The notes under the pieces are model-generated. The model saw nothing but the letters and a program-made list of their open reading frames with translations. It did no database searches and had not been told where the DNA came from. Below are positions 9,305 to 18,838 of a stretch of DNA of 64,000 bases, one piece after another. Where the stretch lies: positions 186,001 through 250,000 of IMG/VR virus record IMGVR_UViG_3300036853_000446. The stretch is one strand, 5' to 3'. A program made the position numbers and the translations under genes. The number at the start of each line of letters is the position of its first letter. The first letter of the stretch is position 1.

Positions 9305-9712
9305 TCAGCCGCTCACACGCCCTGCGCGATAGAGAATTTCCCGTACGACGATCGCGGTTTCCTCGACGCGCATGATGCTCGCCATGTGAGCCGTGCCCTT
9401 GGAAAGGGTGTCCTCGAGCTTGAACGCGAGCCCGACATCGATGAAGCAGCCGTCTTGCTTGCAGGGATGCTCCGACCGGAGCATCCTGAGATTCCGTCGG
9501 ATGCCCGCCGCGGGCCATGGCCCGTCGAGCTTGGGGTTGACGGGGTAGGGGCGTACCTCGAAGCCGAGAATCTCTGCGGCGAAGCCTGCGATGATGTCAG
9601 CCCCACGAGCGCCCCCGTGCACGACGATTGTGCCCTCCGGGAACTCCTGAAGAACCGCCTGGATTGGCTTCTGATCGAGCCAGACGCGCGGGCCACAGAC
9701 GAGGACTTTCAT
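9305..9712 (-). CDS. SLOG/DUF2493 family protein
   Basis: MKVLVCGPR, VVHGGARGAD, AAGIRRNLRML. Confidence 0.85.
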   Translation of the reverse strand: MKVLVCGPRVWLDQKPIQAVLQEFPEGTIVVHGGARGADIIAGFAAEILGFEVRPYPVNPKLDGPWPAAGIRRNLRMLRSEHPCKQDGCFIDVGLAFKLEDTLSKGTAHMASIMRVEETAIVVREILYRAGRVSG

Positions 9713-9759
9713 CCCTGTCCGTACACCTACCACCCCGAAGCCGGTGTAGTCGGATGGCG

Positions 9760-11484
9760 ATGCCCGAACTTGGAGAGACGTGGTCTGTAGCACGGATGGG
9801 AGAAACCCGACTCGAGGCAGTCATCATCGCCACCGGACCTTCGATGATCCGGCTCGTCACGCGCGCTGGGAACCGAGTCACGCTTCCCACCAATAGCCTG
9901 AACCTCCTTGGGACTCTCGTGAGCCCCGCCCCGGCGCCGCATACCTGTAGTAATTGTCGCCAGGCCGCTTTCTTCCGTCACACTTTTGGCCCCGAGACCG
10001 TTTGGGTCTGTGAGGATCACCTGCCACACGGGGCCAGAGCCTATTTTCCCGGAGACGCGCTTGGGCCGTCCGGACTCGATGTCACGTGTCCGCGGTGCGA
10101 GTCGGCCCTCGTGACGGTCGACCTTCAGCTCGTGCCTCTCGCCAACGGCCGGGCGACGACCAAGTGGAGTTGCGACGACTGTCATTGCTGCTGGAGCATG
10201 CTCGTTGGCCGCGGCCTTGGAGACGACGGGGCGACGCTCGCCGGAGACCTTGCCCTGATGATTGAGAATGACCCCTCGATATCGGAAGCGTGGTTGGGCT
10301 TCGTCGCCTATCGAAACATCTGTCGTGCCATGGGCATGGGAGACGTGGCTCACATCCATGGGATCCCCCTCCAATCGAAATCAGGATTGGCAGATATGCT
10401 GACGCTGGTCTTGTCCGTCGCGAGCCCGGAGCAGACGATGAACATGATCGCCGGGGAGCAATCTCCCCTATTCGGGCTTCAATTCCCCACGCTCGACATC
10501 GGCATCGGCTCGAGTTGGAAACGACGTTCCTTCCCTCCTCAGCGGGAAACGTTTTGCACGATCTTCTCCGCCGATGCTGATCACGTCACGTTTGGTCTCA
10601 TCGGCGCTAACACCGAATACTTGAATTACTACGCCTTGCGCGCCCACGAGGCCGGCCCGCCCATGACGCTCAGCGTCCCGGCCTTCCTGCTTTATTGGAC
10701 CCCGAACGTCCTGTTGACGGAGCGCCCGAGGGAGTGGACGATCTGGCAACACGTCGAGACGCGAGAGATCGTTCAAGTCACCCCCGGAACTCGGACTCAA
10801 TCCTCCAACAATCAGGTCTCGTATTTCACTCCCGACGGCCGACGCGAGGCAACCCCGATCGTCACCTTCTACCGTCTTTACCGGGAATTACCGACGCCAC
10901 CCGAGCGCCACATCTGGCATCAGCACGGCCAACTCTTCACGGTCGAGCGCACGGAAAAGAGCCTCACCCTGCATCCCTACGCGGCGCACGAAGGGTCCTC
11001 TCGAGCCGGCGTGCGCGAGACGACGAGCGCAGATTTCTATGAGCTTTACGAGGCATTGGTCTTCGAAGATCAACTCGTAACGTTTCACGCCGACAAGGTG
11101 GTGCTGCGCAAGAACGCTCGATGGCATCTCAAATCAGACCCCGATCACTCCGTGACCATCGTCGACATTGGGCGCGTGGGCTCGGCCGACTACGTGCGCT
11201 TCACTGACACGGACTTGCGAGTCGAGGAGCTGACGCATTTTTTAGCCGAGTTCGTACACATCGGAATCGAACTTCCCTGTCGAGTTGGCGAGACTTGGGT
11301 TGGGCTCACCGAGCCCAGCCGTCAAGGCGTCATCCTCGAAGTGGACACCACCTTTGGCAGAGCGACGCTCAGGCTTGAAGACGGCTCAGAAGTAGCGATC
11401 TCCCGGGACACGCTCAGCTCGCAGTTTAGGAAACTAGACATTCGAAGTTACTGGGAAATCCTCGACTCAGATGATGGCACCTGA
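9760..11484 (+). CDS. Modular protein with Zn ribbons and repeated Trp-led beta modules
   Basis: CSNC/CEDH, CPRC/CDDC; modules GETWSV, GSSWKR, WTIWQH, RHIWHQ, ARWHL, GETWVG. Confidence 0.7.
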   Translation: MPELGETWSVARMGETRLEAVIIATGPSMIRLVTRAGNRVTLPTNSLNLLGTLVSPAPAPHTCSNCRQAAFFRHTFGPETVWVCEDHLPHGARAYFPGDALGPSGLDVTCPRCESALVTVDLQLVPLANGRATTKWSCDDCHCCWSMLVGRGLGDDGATLAGDLALMIENDPSISEAWLGFVAYRNICRAMGMGDVAHIHGIPLQSKSGLADMLTLVLSVASPEQTMNMIAGEQSPLFGLQFPTLDIGIGSSWKRRSFPPQRETFCTIFSADADHVTFGLIGANTEYLNYYALRAHEAGPPMTLSVPAFLLYWTPNVLLTERPREWTIWQHVETREIVQVTPGTRTQSSNNQVSYFTPDGRREATPIVTFYRLYRELPTPPERHIWHQHGQLFTVERTEKSLTLHPYAAHEGSSRAGVRETTSADFYELYEALVFEDQLVTFHADKVVLRKNARWHLKSDPDHSVTIVDIGRVGSADYVRFTDTDLRVEELTHFLAEFVHIGIELPCRVGETWVGLTEPSRQGVILEVDTTFGRATLRLEDGSEVAISRDTLSSQFRKLDIRSYWEILDSDDGT

Positions 11485-12055
11485 AAAAGAGGTACAAACG
11501 CCCCTAAAGTTGATGTTACCCTTCCGACCAGATATGGGGAACTTCGAGAGCGACCTCGATCAGCTTATCGAACAGAAAATAGTGCGCATACTGGCGCGCG
11601 TACTAGAGAAGCTCGGCGGCGCAGTAGGTTCCGACCGAACCGGCAGCAACACCGACGCTGTCGCGGCTCTCTCCGACGACACTCGTCGTACGACCACCCG
11701 CCGAGCTGGAAAAAAGAAGAAGCGGAAGGCGAAGAAGAAATCGACGGTCACGACCGCTAGAAAAAAGCGAAACAAGAGGGCGGTGGCAATGACTCTAGTG
11801 GGGGCAGCATCTCGGGATGCCATCGTCAACGTGCTCATGCAGAAAGGCCCACTGAAGGTAGCTCAGATCGAAAAGGCCATCGGCCTCACGCAAACCACCG
11901 TAAACCGGCACCTCAGAGATCTGAAGACAGCCAAGGTCGTGGCGACGGTCAGGGATGGGAAGCGGGTGCTCTACAAGGCCGTTCACGACGGACGAGCGGG
12001 ACGCAAGACCGAGCCACCGGTATCGGCAGTCAACGCCCCTGCGACCGCCGCCTGA
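11471..12055 (+). CDS. ArsR-type winged-HTH regulator with basic linker
   Basis: LKVAQIEKAIGLTQTTVNRHLRDLKTAKVV..RDGKRVLY. Confidence 0.8.
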   Translation: MMAPEKEVQTPLKLMLPFRPDMGNFESDLDQLIEQKIVRILARVLEKLGGAVGSDRTGSNTDAVAALSDDTRRTTTRRAGKKKKRKAKKKSTVTTARKKRNKRAVAMTLVGAASRDAIVNVLMQKGPLKVAQIEKAIGLTQTTVNRHLRDLKTAKVVATVRDGKRVLYKAVHDGRAGRKTEPPVSAVNAPATAA

Positions 12056-12064
12056 GGGCCCCAA

Positions 12065-12376
12065 ATGAAGGTGTGGAGGGTTGGAGCCGAGCCGCGCACG
12101 CTGCGCTGCGAAGATGAGGTCGTCGGCATGATGGACACGCCGGAGCTGGCAGCTTACCTCGTAGGCACTATCGAGGACTGCGAACGGTTGCAAACCGCCA
12201 GATCGTCCTCGCAGCACAACCTGGATACCGCCTTTGCCGAAATACTTCGGCTTCTCGACGTTCAGAGCAAAGCCTTCGAGCTGCTCCGGAAGGCTTCTTG
12301 TCCCGACGACCCCGAATGGGAGCGCCAGCGTCGAGAGCTTCTCGGGCTCCCCCTCGCCGATCCCGAAAAGACTTAG
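12065..12376 (+). CDS. Hypothetical protein
   Basis: Co-directional ORF. Confidence 0.6.
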   Translation: MKVWRVGAEPRTLRCEDEVVGMMDTPELAAYLVGTIEDCERLQTARSSSQHNLDTAFAEILRLLDVQSKAFELLRKASCPDDPEWERQRRELLGLPLADPEKT

Positions 12377-12407
12377 CCCAAACTCGGGCACGACAACCGC
12401 GTTGGGT

Positions 12408-12689
12408 TCAACGCGCGACGGTACGACCGTCTGCGGTCCCTTCCTGAATGAGAGCGTCGCCGACGACCCTACCCCAGTAGGTCTCCACCTTTGCGGCCGT
12501 GCGGATCCAGATCTTCTGGCCCGAGACACGAAAGTACGCCGCGATGCTCCGAGGTTGGACGTCGCTCGTGTGCCAGCCGGACACGCCCGTGTAGGCGTGA
12601 ACGTACCGGGCACCTCTGCATCGGGACGCCTTCAGAAGCGCTGTTGCAAGGTCGGGCTCGCCAGGGGGGATCACGTCGGGCTTGGTCAC
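12408..12689 (-). CDS. Hypothetical protein
   Basis: ORF in the minus-strand run. Confidence 0.5.
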   Translation of the reverse strand: MTKPDVIPPGEPDLATALLKASRCRGARYVHAYTGVSGWHTSDVQPRSIAAYFRVSGQKIWIRTAAKVETYWGRVVGDALIQEGTADGRTVAR

Positions 12690-12731
12690 CTTCCGAATAC
12701 GGGCGGACGTTCGATTTTGCAGCCCAACGAT

Positions 12732-12956
12732 TCAAAGTAACTCCCACAGCGTGCGTTGTCGAAACGGGCGGCCGAGAGGCTCGAATTCCAACAGGAATTT
12801 CTCTAGGTGCCAGGTGCGCCGCACCTTCGCAAACTGCGTTCGGTCGACCGTGACGGTGGGACAACCCGCGTTCCGAGTGTCGAGCACCTCGACTTCGTAG
12901 CCCCGCGTCTTGTGGCGCCAGCACTTATGCCGGATCTGCGGAGGTTCGTCGGTCAT
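12732..12956 (-). CDS. Small beta-module protein
   Basis: Ends RTLWELL, like RSYWEIL at the end of 9760..11484. Confidence 0.6.
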   Translation of the reverse strand: MTDEPPQIRHKCWRHKTRGYEVEVLDTRNAGCPTVTVDRTQFAKVRRTWHLEKFLLEFEPLGRPFRQRTLWELL

Positions 12957-13215
12957 CGGGATTCCTACCTACCCCGGTCCACCGGTTGCGCGGAGACTCC
13001 CTTGGAATCGTCCGCTCAGGCGTTCTCTCGTTCCCTGCGGGATCTATTCGAGTTTCTCGGCCGGCCTTTTCGGCCAAGACCCTTCTTTGCGCCCACGGTT
13101 CGGATGCGAAGCCGACGACAGTCGTTCTTCTGCACGAGGGCAAGCGTGTGGTTGCGGGCATCCATCAATTCCTCGATCTCGACCCAAACACTTTAGCCCA
13201 TGCCTACGCGGCGCG

Positions 13216-13437
13216 CTACTTCAGGCGAAAGGTGATCAGCCCATGCGACATGTCGTAGGGCGACACCGCAACGCGAACTCGATCGCCGGGGACGACCCGG
13301 ATGTAATTTCGCTTGAGGCGCCCAGACAGCTGACCCCGGACCACGTTCTCCTGCTCGTTGATTTGGATCTCGTATTGGCCGCCGCCAAGCGCGTTGACGA
13401 TGGTGCCATCAAGCTCGACCAGATCACCCTTGGGCAT
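13216..13437 (-). CDS. infA: Translation initiation factor IF-1 homolog
   Basis: LSGRLKRNYIRVVPGDRVRVAVSPYDMSHGLITFR. Confidence 0.95.
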   Translation of the reverse strand: MPKGDLVELDGTIVNALGGGQYEIQINEQENVVRGQLSGRLKRNYIRVVPGDRVRVAVSPYDMSHGLITFRLK

Positions 13438-13990
13438 GCACCTCGTCCTCGCCTTTGACCAAAGCCCTCATGGCCTGGACGTACCAGATACCGTCGATAC
13501 TCTCGTTCGAGATCTCGCGCAGCTGGTCTTCGGACTCGAGGACACCCCACCACGACTCGTAGCCGTAGACGACGCGCCACAAGCTCGGGATCCAGAGGGC
13601 GGGATTCTGCATCGAAAGGCTGAAGCTCAACACGCCCGACTCCGGATCGTAAGAGCACCCCACGGTGCGTGCGACGTCACCGAGATACAATCCGAGGTAC
13701 GTCTTGCCTCCAAAATCCTCACCACACGGACGAACCCGAACGAGCCGATTCACCTTCCGACTTCGACCGGGGGCGACGAGTTCTCCGTCGATATGAACGC
13801 CCGTGACGCTCACGGGATACTTGAATGGTTTGACCAAATCCGGCTCTGCCAGCAGCCTCGATAGAGAGTCCTCGCAGATCTTCTCGGCATCCGGAGCCAT
13901 GAGGCTTTCGGCGTAGATCGCTCGGCGCCTCTCCTCGAGTTGTTCGATCTGCTCGTCGATGCTCGCGAGTTCGTCTTTCAAGGTCGACAT
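13424..13990 (-). CDS. Conserved phage hypothetical protein
   Basis: VRVRPC..KTYLGLYLGD..NPALWIP..VYGYESWW. Confidence 0.7.
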   Translation of the reverse strand: MSTLKDELASIDEQIEQLEERRRAIYAESLMAPDAEKICEDSLSRLLAEPDLVKPFKYPVSVTGVHIDGELVAPGRSRKVNRLVRVRPCGEDFGGKTYLGLYLGDVARTVGCSYDPESGVLSFSLSMQNPALWIPSLWRVVYGYESWWGVLESEDQLREISNESIDGIWYVQAMRALVKGEDEVHAQG

Positions 13991-14069
13991 TTGGGTTCTC
14001 CACCATGGCGCGAATCAGGGACCGACTCTCTTTGGATTTGCACTCACGGTGTACTTCAAAGCAGATATT

Positions 14070-14957
14070 GTGGCGAGTCACATTTATTCGGTTGTGGCCA
14101 TCGTTACCGACGATGAGGGCCGTTACCTCGTCGTTTCGCGAAAGGGCGACCACGACGACCTCGGTTGGCCTGGTGGAAAGGTAAACCCGGGCGAAACCGC
14201 AGAACTGGCGATCATCCGCGAGTTGTTCGAAGAGACCGGGCTCCTCGTTTCTCAACGGTTTCTTCGTTCGACCTTCATCGCGGCCGATCAAGAGGGACGC
14301 CTCTGTATGGCGTTCGACATCCTGCAGTACAAGGGCGTCGCTTACTCGAGGAAAGGCGCGTGGGTTGGCTGGGTCAAAGCCGCGAGACTCGTTACCGAAC
14401 GAAATGCGTTTAGAGATTACAACATTGCCGTCTTCAATCAAAAAGGGATCGCCTTCGACGGACCCCCGGAACCTCCCCCGCCCCCTGAACCCTCCGTCGA
14501 AGAAAAGCTCCTCGAGCTGACGGGAACACGAGGGTTTCCACAACGTCACATCACCTTCTTGCACGGGCCGTCGGCTCTGTCGTTTTGCCCCGTGGTGAGC
14601 ATTCCCCAGCCGCGGCTGACCTTCGACCGCAAGTGTTTCGTCGGCCTCTCGAACGAGCCCGTTCTCGGGATACGGGCGCACCTCCAGAAGTCGCTGATCC
14701 CTCTCAACCTGCTTCGCTACATGCACAGCCTCGGGGATCGCTGCATCGCGGCCGTCGTGGCCGTTTGTCCGCATCGGCCCCCCGCCGATTGGGAAGCGGT
14801 GTCGTCGAACATCATCGAGTGCCAGCCCCTTCAGATCGAGGTGAAGCTGACGTTGACAAAGAATCGGGCAGCCACCACCCCCATCGGATCGTCCGTGATC
14901 GTCTCGAGGCCTGCGCGCTCCGAGACGACCACGTCATTTCACCAACCGTTGCCGTAG
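14070..14957 (+). CDS. Nudix hydrolase with C-terminal extension
   Basis: Nudix box PGGKVNPGETAELAIIRELFEETGL. Confidence 0.85.
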   Translation: MASHIYSVVAIVTDDEGRYLVVSRKGDHDDLGWPGGKVNPGETAELAIIRELFEETGLLVSQRFLRSTFIAADQEGRLCMAFDILQYKGVAYSRKGAWVGWVKAARLVTERNAFRDYNIAVFNQKGIAFDGPPEPPPPPEPSVEEKLLELTGTRGFPQRHITFLHGPSALSFCPVVSIPQPRLTFDRKCFVGLSNEPVLGIRAHLQKSLIPLNLLRYMHSLGDRCIAAVVAVCPHRPPADWEAVSSNIIECQPLQIEVKLTLTKNRAATTPIGSSVIVSRPARSETTTSFHQPLP

Positions 14958-16333
14958 TCGACCGTCAAGCTATTCCTTCGTGCCCACTCGATGATGACGC
15001 GATCCTCCTGCGGCTTCGTCCGCCGGTTATGGGCGCCGCGCGCCTGCACGATCGCTTTCGTCTTGTTATTGACCTCGAGCGTGATGAGCTTTTCCGAGGG
15101 CGTAAACTCGTCAGAGACCGAAAGGCTCCAGATCGACTTTTCTTTAGCCTCGATCTCCGATCGATACGAGTAGACGCAGTGATGCAGCGCCTTGCCTTCG
15201 GCGCGCAAATCTTCGGACGAGACAATTTCCTGGATCGTCCACACTACGACGTTGGCGAACCCGCGCTTGGCGAGCTTACCGTCTTCCTTCTCGACGCGGT
15301 AACTCCGAAACCCCGACCGTTCAAATTTGACGGACGGTCGATCGTCCACCTGCCAGGGGAAGCGGCGACCTCCTCCGGCCTGGTTCAGCTCTCGATGCCA
15401 TTCGTTCATCGCGCGCGTGAGCGCCGCCACCGTTCGGCCCTGCATCGAGAATGCGGGATTTTCCCTGAACCTCCGGAAGACGAAATCGCAGACGGGCGCG
15501 ATCTGCTCACGACTGAACATCGGATTGCGCGCGAAGAAGCGCAGCACACTGAGTCGGAATTCCTCCTCCGTAGCGGTGCCGATCATCTTGTTTCTCTCCA
15601 AGTTTCGCCAGACGCTGAACAATTGGTTGTCACCGCCTTCGGCTTTGACCTGCACGCGGCGCAGCGCGGAGACGATGCCAAACTCCGCCGGTGTCTCAAT
15701 AAACTCGAGGCACTGCGCCCGGGTGAGAGCCAACGGCAACCTTCCGCTCTTGCAGTATTGAAAGAGAGAGCCGCCACCAGCGACATGCACGACGAGCGGC
15801 ATGAGGAGCGCGGCATTCTGATCGTTTTCCGCGAATGCCGACCAGAGGAAGCGCGGCGTCGGATACTTCGCCAACAAGTGCTCGCAAAGACTGCGGAACA
15901 CGCTGCCGCGACCCTTGCCCTGTGGCTTCCAAGTCGCCAAGGGCCGAAGATGCTCGACCCTGGCGAGCCGACACAACGTGTCACGCTCCGAAGGCAAGAC
16001 GAGCTTTCGTCCCGCCGCCGGTCCCTCGAGTAGCTGGCGAATGAAGGAGCGAGGTCCGGGATCGAGACGCGCGATCACCCTGTCTTTCCAGAGCGTCCCT
16101 TGGTTCGCGAGTACCTGGAGAGCTGCCTCCGCGAGTTTGGTTTTCTTATCGTTTTCTACACGCTCGACTTCGCGAGCGTGTTGCTGCTGGCCCTCCGCAC
16201 GTGCACGGAAGGCCTCACGCTGACGCCTCTTCATTACTCGACCGCCCACTGGAAGCGCCGAAACGCCTTCCAGTTCTTCTGGAGGTTGCGGGAACGTCGA
16301 GAGTCCATGCACCGACGGCGATGCGTCAGGCAT
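14939..16333 (-). CDS. PcfJ-like protein
   Basis: LRAEGKALHHCVYSY..LITLEV..IVQARGAHNR. Confidence 0.85.
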   Translation of the reverse strand: MPDASPSVHGLSTFPQPPEELEGVSALPVGGRVMKRRQREAFRARAEGQQQHAREVERVENDKKTKLAEAALQVLANQGTLWKDRVIARLDPGPRSFIRQLLEGPAAGRKLVLPSERDTLCRLARVEHLRPLATWKPQGKGRGSVFRSLCEHLLAKYPTPRFLWSAFAENDQNAALLMPLVVHVAGGGSLFQYCKSGRLPLALTRAQCLEFIETPAEFGIVSALRRVQVKAEGGDNQLFSVWRNLERNKMIGTATEEEFRLSVLRFFARNPMFSREQIAPVCDFVFRRFRENPAFSMQGRTVAALTRAMNEWHRELNQAGGGRRFPWQVDDRPSVKFERSGFRSYRVEKEDGKLAKRGFANVVVWTIQEIVSSEDLRAEGKALHHCVYSYRSEIEAKEKSIWSLSVSDEFTPSEKLITLEVNNKTKAIVQARGAHNRRTKPQEDRVIIEWARRNSLTVDYGNGW

Positions 16334-16663
16334 CGGTCGCAGAGCCGCAGAACCCCGTCTTTTCGCAAGCGGAGTGCGCGGTATCGAAGTGCAGAGGAAA
16401 GCGGCCAACCACCAGGGTTGTGCCGTTCCTCATTCTCCAGCGACGATGCTGGATCGTCCGCTGCGCTCGAGGCGCAGCAACGCATGGACCCGAAAGTTGA
16501 CTTCGAGTTGTGGGGGAAGAGACGCATTCACTAGGCTCCTGTTCAGGATATCACTAGTGACCGGTCTCCTTTTTCGTCTGTGAGTTCAGCAGCATGACAG
16601 CGCCGGTGAGCATGACGCCGCCCCGAACGATGTCAAGTCGAGTCGCCGGTGTAGAGCCTTGGC

Positions 16664-17371
16664 ATGAGCGAACCCATCGACGTTCAGTTGATCGAGGCAG
16701 GCGTAACGTACCGCGACCGGCAAAAGAACCCAGACCCGCGGCGCGAGAATCCTCGTTACGCTGTAGAAATCGACCGAGGCTTTCAGGCGCCGGTCATCCT
16801 CGGGGAAGGAGCGTCGCCCGCGGAGGCCTTCGAGAGAGCAAAGGTCAAATGGCTGGAGCAGCCCAAGCCCCGCGCGCCCTCATACGCGGAGCTGGAGACA
16901 ACGGCGCAGACCTGGCAGCACATCGACCTCTTGCGGAAGTTGCTACGAATTGCTGCCGTCGAATTGCTCAAGCGGGGTGAGACCCATGATCGCTCGAAGT
17001 TCGACCGCGCCGAGGTCGACACGTTCACCGAGTTTACGCCGAAGCTGAAGACCTGCACCTATGGCTCGGACGAATACAAGGCGCATCTCGTCGAGATGAA
17101 GGTGGCCCTCGATCACCACTATGGGCACAACCGACATCACCCCGAGCACTTTGCGCGCTCCATCCACGGAATGAATCTAGTCGACGTATTCGAGATGCTT
17201 CTCGACTGGTGGGGTTCATCTCATCGCCACGCCGACGGTGACATTCGACGCAGCATCGAGATCAACCGCAAGCGCTTCGGCATGTCGGACGAACTCGTGG
17301 AGATCTTCCTCAACACGGTGCAGTACTTTGAACCCGCCGTGGCTGAAGCAATGGGCGGGACGAGGCCATGA
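16664..17371 (+). CDS. DUF5662-like HD-type protein
   Basis: HDRSKF, HHYGHNRHHPEHF, EMLLDW; CGGTGTA 10 nt upstream. Confidence 0.85.
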   Translation: MSEPIDVQLIEAGVTYRDRQKNPDPRRENPRYAVEIDRGFQAPVILGEGASPAEAFERAKVKWLEQPKPRAPSYAELETTAQTWQHIDLLRKLLRIAAVELLKRGETHDRSKFDRAEVDTFTEFTPKLKTCTYGSDEYKAHLVEMKVALDHHYGHNRHHPEHFARSIHGMNLVDVFEMLLDWWGSSHRHADGDIRRSIEINRKRFGMSDELVEIFLNTVQYFEPAVAEAMGGTRP

Positions 17372-17655
17372 CCGTAACGCATCTCGAGACGACCCTCCGG
17401 TTCTACTTCGACCGCTGGTCGCGGCACTTTCCAGCCGAACGCATCGACACCGACGAGCTGTTCCCGGCGGGGGACCGTGACAAGGCGATGCGGCACGCGA
17501 TGTGGATGTGCGAGGTCTCCCTCGGCTTCATTCGCGACGGTCAAGCCGGCAAGGCAGACCGCTGGCTCGGCTTCGTTCAGGGGGTTCTATGGGCTTGTGG
17601 CCACTACACGATCGACGAGATGCGAGTCCACAGCACCGAACCCACCGAACCCTAG
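17368..17655 (+). CDS. Conserved phage hypothetical protein
   Basis: KADRWLGFVQGVL motif; ATGA coupling with the upstream gene. Confidence 0.75.
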   Translation: MTVTHLETTLRFYFDRWSRHFPAERIDTDELFPAGDRDKAMRHAMWMCEVSLGFIRDGQAGKADRWLGFVQGVLWACGHYTIDEMRVHSTEPTEP

Positions 17656-17945
17656 GTATCGCTCAGGCGCTCGACCATACGCACGTGGAGTTGATCCATC
17701 TTCGTCTGCAGCGAGGGCCCCGTACCGCGACGTTCTTCGCACTTGCGGTCCTCGCGGTGCGGGTGGTGCCATAACTCGAGCACGGGACGACCCATGCCCG
17801 CGATTACAATGAACGCTCCACAGTTTTCGCAGATGTACTTGGATTGACCGAGATCAAATCCGTGGACCATCGTGAATTTGTGACCAGCAGCTTCCAGGTC
17901 ATCCCAGTCGATTTCCTGAACTTCCTCTTCGGTTGTTTGCGCCAT
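17652..17945 (-). CDS. Small Zn-ribbon protein
   Basis: CENCG; GAGG RBS. Confidence 0.6.
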   Translation of the reverse strand: MAQTTEEEVQEIDWDDLEAAGHKFTMVHGFDLGQSKYICENCGAFIVIAGMGRPVLELWHHPHREDRKCEERRGTGPSLQTKMDQLHVRMVERLSDT

Positions 17946-18162
17946 GGGTGGCTGCCTCGCCGTATCGAGAGTGTTGAGAATCCTCTTGTGTGTCGGCTGG
18001 TTGGGGCCCGTCGGAAGCAGTCATGATGGGCGGCCGTCCCGACAACGACGGGCCCCACCAAATAACCTAGGAGAGACATCGCCGGATCGCAAGCAGCACG
18101 GTGCACCGAGCACGGTGAGGGGACGATCAGGGGGAGGCTCCGGCGCGGTGTATGAGAACGTT

Positions 18163-18313
18163 GCCCAGGCCGGGCGACTAGAGTCGTGGGAGAACCGCGG
18201 ACACGTTCAAATTTGCGTCATTGAACACGCCTGGCCTGGGCACCTCTCTTTAGGATGGCTGCACCAGCTCGTACCATCGCTTAGAATGCCCCTTCGGGGC
18301 TCCCGACGAGCTG
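18163..18313 (+). ncRNA. Candidate structured non-coding RNA
   Basis: 15-bp closing stem 18162-18176/18228-18242 enclosing three hairpins; second domain 18265-18272/18306-18313; CGGTGTA at 18146-18152. Confidence 0.5.
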
Positions 18314-18352
18314 CCTCTTGAGTTCCGTCTGTCGAGGGGCTACGAGAGAGCG

Positions 18353-18826
18353 ATGGGGTTTGTGGGCCGATTCGCCGCGTCATGGAAAACCGGCGCTCGA
18401 AAGCTCACCGCGGCAATCGTTATATTTGGGCTCGCATGCTCCATCGAGCAGCTCGTCTCTGGCCCGGTCACGTTGACGGGCGAGTGGACGACCGTGACAC
18501 CCCCCGAGCCGCTTCGAGTCGCCGGCAAAGGGCAACAGGTGGTCTGCCTGCAGGTCGTTGGCACACTGAGCGATGTTGACTTTAAGAGAGGCGCCGCGCT
18601 CGTCAACGGACAGTGGCACGTGCTCGCGGGAGAAGCCGTGGACGCCGAGCAGACGAACTACCCCCTCCAGGTCGGAGATCAGGGCGGCAACACAACCTGC
18701 TTATACCGTGCCGGGGAGCATCCTCCCGGGCCCGACTTTCCCGGGGATATCGTCAAACTCCGCCTTCGCAGCGAACCGCCGCTTCAGCTCGAGGGGATCC
18801 GGTGGCATTCCTACGATCAAAAATGA
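18353..18826 (+). CDS. Secreted/lipoprotein-like hypothetical protein
   Basis: Hydrophobic signal ending GLAC, followed by a beta-rich domain. Confidence 0.6.
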   Translation: MGFVGRFAASWKTGARKLTAAIVIFGLACSIEQLVSGPVTLTGEWTTVTPPEPLRVAGKGQQVVCLQVVGTLSDVDFKRGAALVNGQWHVLAGEAVDAEQTNYPLQVGDQGGNTTCLYRAGEHPPGPDFPGDIVKLRLRSEPPLQLEGIRWHSYDQK

Positions 18827-18838
18827 GGCAACAGACCC

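Noticed and set aside
12986-13258. AYAARYFRR as another leader motif
   Set aside because: It lies near the C-terminus of a doubtful ORF, not at an N-terminus, and has no upstream motif
14585-16033. Long antisense ORFs (e.g. 14585..16033, 13719..14774, 24814..26109, 32509..33573, 35229..36206, 8436..9518)
   Set aside because: Shadows of recognisable genes on the other strand; Arg/Pro/Gly-rich composition typical of high-GC off-frame reading
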